A DNA stretch of 64,000 nucleotides from Protoeuglena noctilucae (taxonomy: Eukaryota). The position numbers and the translations under genes were made by a program. Location: contig OY253674.1 in the NCBI GenBank assembly GCA_958009085.1, forward strand, positions 372,001 to 436,000, read 5' to 3'. This document shows, piece by piece, positions 36,875 to 47,600 of the stretch (the first letter of the stretch is position 1; every line of letters begins with the position of its first letter). The notes under the pieces are model-generated. The model worked only from the letters and a program-made list of their open reading frames with translations. It did no database searches and was not told the origin of the DNA.

Positions 36875-38032
36875 CTAGCTCAGCACCGTGAACGCCGGGG
36901 GCTTGTCGATATCCGGCAACGACCTGCCCCCAGCCCCCCGTCCGCTCTTCTTCTTCGGAGACGCCCTGGATGCAGAGGCCTCGGTGGGCACTCGGGCCGG
37001 CTCCGGCGTCGGCATGCCCTTCGGCCTCGGCAGCCCCGGCTCCCTGTGAATACGTGTGGCGAAGGGAGTGAGGACGACGTCGAAACGACGTCCGCGGCGG
37101 TGAATGGAGCCGCACGCACCGGTAGAGGAAGAACGTGAACCCCACGTGGTGCACGCACGCGCAGTCGCACGTCCGCTCGATCTCCGCAATCAAGTCCGGT
37201 ATCTCCTCGAAGCAGTTGCCGACCTTGACTCGCACGAACTCGTTGGCCTGGAGGCAATCGGTCACGGCTGCGAAGGCGCCGCGGGACAGAGGCTGTCAGG
37301 GCTGCAAGTCGCCGGTTCATTGCCAGGCCTGGCCAGGCGGCGGCACTCACAGACGAAGAAATTGTGCGACAGGCCGTTCTTCCCCAAATGGATCGTCGGG
37401 AGCTCCCCTTCGCGCATCAAGTTCTGCACCTGCGTGCGCAATGCCTCCTTCACCGACCAGCTCAGCTTGGCCGCCGCCACCGGACCCTGAGGGTGCAGAC
37501 GAGGCAAGCGTCACGCACGGGCCTGGCAGTGAAAACGCATCGTCCTTTGAGCCACCCATCAGGCCGGCGGGAATGCTCAGCAGCGCTTGGGCCCTCAGCG
37601 ACGTCGCTGCGTGCTAACGCGTGGCCCCATTCCACCGCCACCGCCCCACCAGTCGCCGTTTCTGCGTCTCCCGCCTTATTAATGGCCTTCCGCAAGACAC
37701 GATTCGTTTCCTCTCCGCCCAAGCTATCTCCCCGGCCCTGGGCGTCTCCTCTCGCACCCTAGCCCCATCAAGCCCCCTGAACCATCGCCGCCGCCCTTTA
37801 CCTGCTTATCTCCGCTCCCCGCCTTGTCAACAGAAGCCTCCGCAATAAGACGCGCGTGCCTCTCGCGTTGCGCGGCTTCCTGCAGCCGCCTGCACCCATT
37901 CCAATGAAGGATGTCGAGCTTCCCCGCGTCCGCAGCCTTCAGGCCCGCCCTCAAAGGCCTCCCGAGCCGCATAAAGTGAAATCGCGCCGGACAAGACACC
38001 GCTGGCGCAGCTAGCGGCATGCATGGGGCCAT
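36875..38032 (-). CDS. Single CRM (CRS1/YhbY) domain organellar RNA-binding protein
   Basis: KEALRTQVQNL...PTIHLGKNGLSHNFF..., ANEFVRVKVG, CVHHVGFTFFLYR is the YhbY/CRM pattern. The N-terminus is transit-peptide-like. The 5' exons are uncertain. Confidence 0.8.
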
Positions 38033-38198
38033 GATGGTCCTGGGCCACGCGACAGGAGCCCTATAGGAGCTTAGGAGCCCTATAGGCCCGCTTTCGACAC
38101 AGAGTACGACGAGATTACGGCAGGAAGTGCCAAAGCGTCCGACGGCGCAAGGAGCATGACTTTCAATCCCAAGGCACGCAACCGCTGGACTGGCAACG

Positions 38199-39127
38199 TC
38201 ATGACAGCACGCCATCGTCCGCCGCTTTGCGTGGCGGCGACCGCCCCTGGCCCCGTCCCCCCGGCGCTGCGCCTGCCAGGGACGGCAGGTAGCACATCCG
38301 CGCCAGCTCCGCGGCGACCTTGGCGGACTCGGACGCCGCTGCCGACAGCTCGGCGATGGTCTTGCCGTACACCGCGTCTGATGGCCCGCGGCCCGCCCCC
38401 GCCGCCCGCTCCAGGCTCGAGTTGACAGCCGCGAGATCGTCGCGCTCCTTGGCCAGGATCTGCACCTGCTTCTGCAGCGCCACCTTCTTCTCCCGCTCCA
38501 GCCGCACCCGGCCCCCGACGATGCGCCACGTGAGCAGCACGCCCAGCAAGAAGGAGCCCGCGGGGGGCACGAAGGGCCGATACTCCGGCGGCACGGCAGC
38601 CCAGGCCTTCAGGATCGTCTCCTTCGACGACTGCGCGGGGGCGGGGACGGCCGTGAGCTGCCCTCACGTTGGCCCAGCGGGCGCAACGATCCCCAGGCAC
38701 GCACCTGGTAGATGGGCTTGACGAAGTCCACGTCCACGTGCACAGGCACCTCCCACTTGCGTTGCCGCACGTCCTGGACCCACGTCGTGGCCTTCTGGGA
38801 GATGCTCCCGTCACGCATGCTCTGCGGGTGCAACACTTCGCGCTGGCTCATCGGCGACGTCTGCCGAAAGTTGCGAGGCGACGGTTGGGGTACGTTTGAT
38901 TGCCTGACACCGACATCGGCCTCCTCGGCGCCCTGCCCGGCGAGTGGGTGCCACGCGAGCACGCGATCGGGTTGCGGGCACCGCGCGCGCGCGGGCGCAG
39001 CGCCACGCACCGCCCACAGGCCGGCAGCTCCGGCCATGAACCCCGACTTGGATCCCGGAGACGGGCGCGAGGATGACGGCGGCGGTGGTCGGGGCGGGCC
39101 GTGGTTGCTCGGGACTCCGCGCGACAT
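38199..39127 (-). CDS. Hypothetical protein with one TM helix followed by a coiled coil
   Basis: ...VDFVKPIYQ|SSKETILKAWAAVPPEYRPFVPPAGSFLLGVLLTWRIVGGRVRLEREKKVALQKQVQILAKERDDL...; canonical splice sites. Confidence 0.6.
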
Positions 39128-39948
39128 CGCCGCCCTAACCCCCTCGGCAAGGCGATGGCCCAGACAGAGTGGCGTCTTCCGCACAGCTCCTTGGCGCAGA
39201 GGTATGGCTGCTCAGATACGCGTGCTGGAAATTGTAAATTTTCCGTGGCGCTGCACAAGCTTGGGTCGGGCACAAACGAGGTTGGGGGCTTGGTTCGGCG
39301 GACCTCAGCAGTCCCGACAGCGCCGATTGCAAAGCAGTGAGAGCGCAGTCGTCCGGAGCCAAAGATCTGCGAAACCTTGAACACGGACATTGAAACGTCA
39401 GCAGGAATCTCCGTGATAGAATTCAGCCTTGAGCAGCACTGCGCTTGACATCTCTAAGCGTTATGTGGGGAGGAGGAACGCACGTTTCAATCGTCTGTTC
39501 AAACTACGGCCAATCAAGTTCAGCACTTCGACGCCTTGGGAAGGAACGGTCAGAACACGACGGAGCTGCCTTGCTTCCGCTGAGATGCCGCGTGCCGCCT
39601 CACGGGGCGGCGTCCACGCGGGCAGGCCTCCCAGAGCCGTGGCGGGGCTGCCATGCGCGGAGGTCGCGGGAGAGCTACGGACCAACGGTCTGTGTGGCTT
39701 GGTCGCTTTGCCGCAGAGAGGAGGCGCCGCGTGCGTTGGCGTACGGGCGGCACGGCTGGTCGGCGCGGCGAGACGAAACGACCACCGCCGTCTCGTCTCG
39801 TCTCCGCGGGCTCGCAGCGCCTGGGTATGTGATGAGGCGTGAGAGGTGGTCCTCGTTCCACCTGCACTCGAGCCCCGCGACGTGCAGCCAGATGCGCAGC
39901 TCTCGCGCGGCAGTCTCCCACGCAGGTCATCTGGGCTGAGAAGCAAGC

Positions 39949-42853
39949 ATGTCGCACCGGCGGGAGCTCACCCGCTACGACGACCTGCCGGGAGGGGAGA
40001 CCCGGCGGCATTCCCGCGAGCGCCACCGGAGCCGCGAGCGCGACCGGGATCCCCACGATCGCGATCGGGATCACCACCGCGAGCGCGACCGCGCACGTGG
40101 TAGGGGGGATGACCGTGACTGCTCCTGGCGCCGAGACGACGGCCGCGAGCGTCGCGACGGCCGGGACCGTCATGGCCATCGGGACGGAGACCGCAGGGGC
40201 CAGTCTCCCGACCGCCGCGACGCGGGCTCGCGTCGAGATCATCGTTCAAGAGGTGACTTCATCGTTAGGAAGGCCCGGTGGCGGACGGAGCATGGCCTGG
40301 CGTGGCAGAGGGACACGTTATCCCAACGCGTCGCTTGCTCATTGTGCAGGTCCCGAGCCCCGTCCGCGCAATCCGTGCCGGCACCTAGTTTTGGAGGACG
40401 TCCCGTCCTCAACGACGGACCAGGAGATCACCAACGTGTTGGCCTACGTCCCTGGCATCGTCCCCACGGGCCTCCGCATCCCGCGTCACCGGGACGGCTC
40501 TCTGCAGGTGCCGGCGCGCGCCACCACGGTGGCCTGCGGGCAACGGACGTCATGGCTTATAAGATCGTGACTGGGCTCCTCTCACCGTGCGTGCTTTGCG
40601 CTCCCAGGGCCCCATCGTCGTGGAGTTTGAGACCGTGGAGCAAGCGACCACGTGCCGTGAGGAGCACGTGTCCGGTGCGGCGCCCCTGGCCTACGACAAC
40701 AAGCTCTGCACGGTCGAGTTTGCGCCTGAGAGTGTCGTCGACGGCCCGGGGCCCTCGCGGAGAACGCGGGAGGTGAGGGTCAGTCATGACAGCACGGTTT
40801 GCCAATTTGATGCCCACCTCATCTCGTGCTATTGCTACTGGCTGGCGGGGCACCCAGGGACCACCTGTCGCTCGCCCTTTCCGCAGAGCAAGGACTGGCA
40901 ATGCTCCACGTGCCAGTCTATGAACTTTGCCCGTCGGGTCGAGTGCTTCGGGTGCCATGCGCCCCGCCCGCGCCCGGGCGACCACGACGCCGCGGACGAG
41001 GACGAAACGCCCTTGCTGCTCTCCGGGCTCGGCTCCGAGCGGCCCTCGTGCCGCCTGCGGTTCTTTCAGCTCGATCCGCACGTGGACGAGAACGTCATCA
41101 GCGCCTGGCTGGTCGACTTTGCCCCGGCCGTGCGGGACATCCGCATCATCCGGGAACGCGGCACGGGGCAGCCGCGGGGCTTCGCGTTCGTCGAGTTCGC
41201 GTCCGTGTCTGACGCGGCCAAGTGTCTGGCACAGATGAATGGCCGGGCCGTGCACGGGAACTCGAGGCCTCTGCGGATGCACTTCGGGAGGTCCCGGGAG
41301 GAGGAGGCGAGGAGCGCTATCGGCTGCTCTGAGCCAGCCTTGCGTGTCGGGTCCTGGCGATGTGGGGCTCAACGGTCGCGTCCGCGGCTTGCAGGAAATG
41401 GAGCGCAGGGCGCGGGTGGCGGACCGCGGCGCGGGGTCCAATGGTGACGAGGCGCTCGGGCGCGCGTCCGGGCGGGAGGAGCCGGGGGCAGACGTGGCCG
41501 GGGCGACAGAGGCAGAGGCGGACACTGGACCGGCGGCGATGGGGATGACGTTCGACGCAGCGACGGGGTACTGGTACGACCCCCGCAGTGGCTATTACTT
41601 CGACAGCGCTTCGGGCATGTACTTCGACATGGACGCCGGGAAGTGGATGACGTTTGACGCGTCAGAGGCGACGTATCGTTACGTGGAGGCGGACGGGACC
41701 AAGGGCGAGGTCGTCAAGGTGAGGGGCCCGTATCTCGGGGCGTCGAGTTAGCTCCGACACGTGGCCTTTTGCACGCCTGTCCTGGTTTCGATGCGGCGGG
41801 CGAGGAGAGTGGGCGCCTTGGCCCTCGGTCACGGCTCGTCCGCCATAGCTGCAGCCCAAGGCCTCGTCGGGAGGGGTGGCGCTGGGCGCGGTGGTCGCGG
41901 CGCCGGACGACGGCGGGAGCAAGGGCGGCGGCGATGGCGGAGGGCAGGGGGGTAGCGGGGAGCGAGAGCGCGGCGATGGGGGCGGGCTCGTCGCGGACGA
42001 TGGCCGGCGGGAGCACGGGGCGCGGGATCGTGGACAAGGCCGTGAGCGCGAGAGGGACGGAGAGCGGGTTGACGACGGCCGCCGGCGCGACCGTGACGGA
42101 CATGGGCGGGGGCGGGACCGGCGCGGCAGTTGGGAGGGGGAGCGAGAGCGGGGCAGGGATCGGCGCGGGGGCGAGGAGGAGGACAGAAATCGGGGCAGTC
42201 GGGAGTCTGGGCGGCGAAGGGGCCGGGAGCGCCACGGGTGGGGCGGGGACGACGACGACGGCCGGCGCGCGGACCCGGAGCCGGCGTGGCAGCCGCCGCC
42301 GCACGTGCTGGAGGGCACGAGCGCGTGGGAGGGCGGCGTCGCGGTGCCCGTCTCCGTGCCTCTTCCCACCGCCACGCCCGCCCCCGGGGCCGCCTCGGGT
42401 CGACCGCTGGCGCCGTCTTCGGACCCCGTGGCGCTCATCGAGGACGCCGTCCGCGCGGACGCCGCTGAAGCGCCCCGCGAAGAGGTTTTACCCGGCCTGG
42501 CGTCGGTGCTGGGCGTGGCGGGGGCCGACGCGTGGGGCAGTAAGCCCAAGAAGGTCAAAGTCCAGCGCAAGTTACCCCCGGCGAGCGAGTCGGGGCCGGC
42601 CGCGGTGGCGGACGCGGCAGTGCCGGCGGCGGCTGCTGCAGAGGCGGCGGTGGAGGAGATGCCACCCCCGCCGCCTCGACCACCTGCCGGTGACCAGGCT
42701 CGGGGCGGGATGGTGCGCATGGGGAAGGTCCGGGGGGAGGGGAGCCTCATTGACAAGGCCCTCGCGCTCAAGGGGAGGGCTGGGAAGGGTCAGGGTCAGG
42801 GCGAGGGCAACGCGGCGGGTGGCGTGGTGCGGATGGGACGCATCCGCAGCTAG
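39949..42853 (+). CDS. SUA/RBM5/RBM10-like splicing regulator (RD-rich, RRM, RanBP2 zinc finger, RRM, OCRE); no C2H2 or G-patch
   Basis: RD/RE-rich start; degenerate RRM1 (CRHLVLEDVP...VVEFETVEQA); KDWQCSTCQSMNFARRVECFGCHAPRP; RRM2 (IRIIRERGTGQPRGFAFVEF); OCRE (FDAATGYWYDPRSGYYFDSASGMYFD). Confidence 0.85.
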
Positions 42854-43036
42854 CATCGTAGCAAGGCGCGCTGTCGCGTTGCGCACCGCATCTTTGAAAC
42901 AGGAGCAGCAAGCCGCGCGCCATGCATGCCACTGTGTGCCAGCCAAGCCAGCCCGACCGCACTGCCCAAGACTCTCCTCCCTGCACTACCTCTGGAAGGG
43001 TAAGGGACCCAGAGGTCCCTTGTGTCGGCGCCCTCT

Positions 43037-44502
43037 TCACTTCGCCATGTACTGCTGCTGCGGCGGCGCCTGGTGGATCCGTGCGGCCGCCCCGTTGGGG
43101 TTGAGAGGCTGCCACTTGCCGTCTCGGACGTTGAGCTCGACCCGGTGCTGCGCCTGGATGCACGAGCACACCGTGCAGTAGCTCAGGTCCGCCGCCAGGT
43201 TCAGGATGTCCGCGAGGGCCTCGATCTCTGCGGGTGGTGGGGCGTTACGAGCATCGGCGAGCGTGCATAGGCGGGCGTGCGGGGACACCCCACCAGCACT
43301 GAGGCGGCAGCAACAGGGAAGGCCGCGGCCGGCTCACCGTCGTTGCCCGTGCACATGGCCACGCAGGAGCAGACGCACGACAGGTACTGCAGGGTGAGCA
43401 TCGTCGCAATGAGGCAGTTGTCGCACGGCCCATTTGCGACCCTGGGGGAAGTGGAGGGCGAAGTGTTTTGTGCTGCGAGGCAGGGGCTGGAACGTGCTGC
43501 AGGGTGCCAGGTCAGGTCGCAGTCACAGCATCGCACCGGAGCTCGTCCTGGATCATGAACCGGGAGACCATGACGCTGTTGGCGAAGCACTGCGGTGGGT
43601 GAGGTGGTACGCGAGCGAGTCGGATGTCAGATGTCGGACATCTCAGATGTCGGGGTGCGGGTCGCGTGGCGTGCTACCGGGCGCTCCTGCGCACTCACGC
43701 AGCACGTCTCGGCGAAGAGGCAGAGGCTGGGGCAATGCTCCTCGCCGCACCGGCCCGAGCACGGCATCATGCCGCCACAGCAGCGATACCGGCTCATGTC
43801 GCCGCCGAGGATCTGCTTGCGGATGGCGAAGGACGCGCAGGGCGGGCACAGGACGGAGTAGCAGCACCACAGGCAGTGCGACAGCGGGGCACGGGCCACT
43901 GAGGTCTGCCACTCGTTGCGGTACTCCGCCGCCTGCTGAAGCGACTGGATGCGCATCGCGGAGAACGGGGCGTTGGGCGTGACGGGGACGCCCGTCTGCG
44001 AGAAATGCGAGAAATGCGAGGAGTGCGTTCGCGATCCGCCGTCGCTAGGAGCGCAGACATGGTGCAGCTGGTCGCTGTCGCACCTGGGGCGCGGCGGGGT
44101 CAGTGCCGACGGGGCGCCCCACTCCAGGCTGTTGCTGCTGAATGGGCACCCCCATCGCCGTGTTGGAAGGAGTGGCGCCCGCGTCCGCGCGCGACGCCCC
44201 GTAACCCATGCCTTGCGGCACGGGCTGGGAGTAGGGCTGCGGCTGTGAGGCCTGAGGGTAGCCCGGTGGCGGACGGCCCCATCGCTCCTCGCCAGAATAT
44301 CCTCCTCCCTCTCGTGGGTCAGGATATCGACTCGGCGAGGCGGCGTTCCAGCTGCGAGGAAAACGCGCATCGCAATGCTCCAGCCCGCGGAAGCGCAACG
44401 CAGGCGAGCTTGCGCGGAGCAGCGACCGCCGCAGCCTTTCATTTGGCACTACTTAAATCGCGCGATGGGGGATTCCCGCGCTGCGTTTGCTTCTTGCCTC
44501 AT
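43037..44502 (-). CDS. PLAC8-like cysteine-rich membrane protein with Pro/Gly/Tyr/Gln-rich N-terminus
   Basis: YRNEWQTSVARAP...CCYSVLCPPCASFAIRKQILGGDMSRYRCCGGMMPCSGRCGEEHCPSLCL, SRFMIQDE, CDNCLIATM, YCTVCSCIQAQHRVEL. The start is modelled on a 5-nt coding first exon (ATGAG). Confidence 0.85.
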
Positions 44503-44653
44503 GGTTGTCGCTACCCGCCCTCGGGGCCTGCGAAATTGACACCGCTGTGCCGCAGGTCTACTCCTTACGTCGCAGACAAAGTGAAAGATACTATAGATTG
44601 CGCTAGCATTGTCTAGTGGCGCATCTGCATCTGGGGGTGCCCTACTTACGCCT

Positions 44654-47600
44654 TTAGGGCACCTGCGTGACCCGCGCGGACGCGGGCCTGCGCTCCTGCG
44701 CTCCCATCTGCCGCGGCGAGCTCGCCGACCGCGCAGACAGGGGCGCTGGTGGCCGTCCCGGCCGCGCGCGCCCTCGCGGGGACCGCCGGCGCGCCCAGGT
44801 CGCCTCGTCCACCTCGCCCATCCCCTCCTGGATAATCTCCATAAATTCCATGCCGGTGCCGGACTCCGAGGGCCCCGCGCGCTCCGGAACCACGACTCCG
44901 GCGAGCAGCGGCGTCGAGGGGCCCCCGGCGCTGGACGGGCGGTGGGAGTAGACCACGCTCACGATGTCCGTGTCCGCCTCTGGGCCCTGCGCGCCGCCGT
45001 CCCCGCGCGCGCTCCACGCCCCAGACACCGAGAGGGGTCTGGCCTCGGAAGCCAGGTCCCTGTTCAGGACCCGCAGGGCCAGGGACGGCGACGGGGCTAG
45101 AGACGACTGTTCCGTCGCAGGGTGGGTCGTCGTGGCGAGCGAGGGGTGCGCGGAGAGCGGACGCACCCTCGCGCGGGTCGACTCGGAGCGGTGCGGCTGC
45201 CGGACGGTCGCGGATGCGGGGCGGGGTGGGGCTCGTGGGCCCGGCGTGCCGCCCACCAGCTGCAGGGCCTGCGTTCCGCTGCCCGCCGGGAGCATCAGCC
45301 CCGGCGGCGCGGACGGCGCGCGGCGCCCCGCGCCCGGTGGGCTGCCTGGCCGGGACCCTGCCCTGGCGCCTGCGTCCGTGGCACCTGGGGGAGCGGGCGG
45401 GGTCGGACGTTGCATGTCACAAGCACGGACCGTCCAATGAACATCATTGGACACCGACGCGCTGGTCGTCGATACAAATTCTCCGACACCCGCGCGACGC
45501 ACCGTAGAGCGTGTAGAGGAGCGCCCGGAGGTCGTCGGCCGCGCGCTTGTGGCGGGAGAGCTCGATGTTGCTGTTGAGCTTGACGACCTGGAGCTGGTTG
45601 CTGTGCTCGTGCACGCTCTCCTCGAGCCTCTCCACCTGCCGGTACAGCGCCTTGATGATCTTGGCCTTCTGCCGCGTCTCCTCGATGAGCTTGCGCTTCT
45701 GCCCCGACGCCGCTTGCTCCGTTTTGTGCTGCATCTCCGTCTCGAAGAGCTGCTCCTCGAGCTTGAGCAACTGCGATGCGGAAATGTAAGGATTCGAGTC
45801 AGCGAAACGGAGAAGCAGATGCGCATGCGGCTCACCGCACCGCATGCAGCATGTGCAACCACTGCCTACACGCATGTCAGTATTTGAGGCGGCGTTCTCA
45901 GCGGCTCCGCGTGCGTGCGTGCGTCACCTGCGCCTTCAGGTCGTCCCTCTGATGGGTCAATCGTTCGACGTTGTCCGCCGCATCGCCCAACTTCTCCTCC
46001 AGAATGTGCTGGTGCACTGTGTGCGCCGACTTCTTGGCCCGTGCCGTGGACCTGGATACCAGGAACGGCGAACCGAGGGCGTCATGCTGCGGCTTGTTGG
46101 GGCGACTGGTAAGGAACCTCTCATGCTGACGCCATGCACCGCGCATCCCAGCATCCCGCTGTGCTGCGCTGGCATTCGTGCCCGCCTGCACCTCTCCCTC
46201 ACCTCTCCTTCTCGATCATCTCACCATCTCCACGCCCACCAGCACCCCTCTCCCTCACCTCCCCTTCTCGGCCATCTCCAGCCGCGCCTGCACCTCCGCC
46301 AGGTGCACGTGCAGCGACGAGATACGGCCGCGCATCACCACCACCTCCTTGGCGAGACCGCCGCGCGCGCCCTGCCCCGCAATGTCGATGAATTGCGCCA
46401 GCTGGCGCTCGAGCTGCTTGACTTGCACCGTCAGCGACCACGTCTTCTCTGCAACGCAAGGCCACCACGGCACGGGTTTGCGACGATCTTACCGACAATC
46501 ATTGACGACCCTCGCGGCAGCCCAGGTTACAAGCAAATCAATCCGACCCACTCGCATAAGGCCGCACACGCATGCACAACAAGTGTGGCCACGGTGGTCC
46601 AGCCAGTTGCAACCCATCGGCCCTACCGCTCGCCCTCCGCCTCATCGCACCTTCGTACTCCGCCAAGCGTCGGTCCTTTTCCTGGCCCAGCGCCAGCAGC
46701 GCCCGGATCCGGCGCTCCTTCCCCTCCAGCTGCTCCCTCAGCGCGTGCGCCTGCTCCATCAGCTGCTTCATTTGTGCCCGTGCGATGGCCAGGTCCTCCG
46801 CACCCTGCGAGGAAAAGCCAGGGCAATACTGCACGTTGCCGACAAAACACCGGCATTCGCTGCTTTCCAAAGCATCCGCCACAGCCGCAGCCATCACCGC
46901 AGTCGTTACTGCCCATGCGCACTTGTCGCACCGACCCCCTGCTGCCGCCCGCATCCAGCTCACCTCCAGAGACTCGATCCTCCGCTCCCGCTCCGCCACC
47001 TCCCCCCGCAGGTGCGCCACCTCCTCGTCCTTGCCCTTGATCACGCCATGCAGCTCGGCGATGTGGGCCTCCCCGGCTGCCACCCGCGCCTCGGCATCCA
47101 AGTAACGGTCTCGCGTGGCAGTCAGCTTCTGCTCGGCCTCCTCGCGCTTGTCCTCAGCCACTGCAGACGCAGCGGGGCTGACGAGAGTCGCAACGCGGCG
47201 CGCTGGCGGCAGTTTCCGGGACCAACAAGCCCAGGCCTAAAAAGACAGGTCGGCCTATGCTGCACCGCATGCCTGCCAGCGGCTCCCTCACCCAGAGCCT
47301 TGTTCTTCATCTCCATCGCCAACTGCTTGTCCTTCTTCATGGACGCCTCCCTGCGCAGCGAATGCACCAGGACCGCTCTCGCATCGGGCGCCTGCTCCCT
47401 CGTCATTCAACCCCGCTCATGCACTGCGCCCTCGCCTGTCCCTCGCGGCCTTGCGCTCGTCGAGGAGATTCTTCACGTACGTGTCCAGCTGCGCCGTCTT
47501 GTCCAGGATCTGCTCCTCCTGCAGCGCGATCTTCTTCTCCAGTTTGTCCTGGATGCGCCGCTGGGCCCGGAGCTTCTCGTTCGCGCCGAAGAGCCCCTGC

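Noticed and set aside
39825..39940. C/D-box snoRNA candidate (GTGATGA...CTGA) upstream of the SUA-like gene
   Set aside because: There is no terminal stem, and the D box lies beyond the likely splice acceptor.
43999..44025. Short 9-nt tandem repeat (CGAGAAATG x2 plus a variant)
   Set aside because: It is intronic slippage-type sequence and too short to interpret.
38115..44650. CGTAA as a variant poly(A) signal downstream of a few stops
   Set aside because: It follows only some genes, and a 5-mer at this frequency is compatible with chance.
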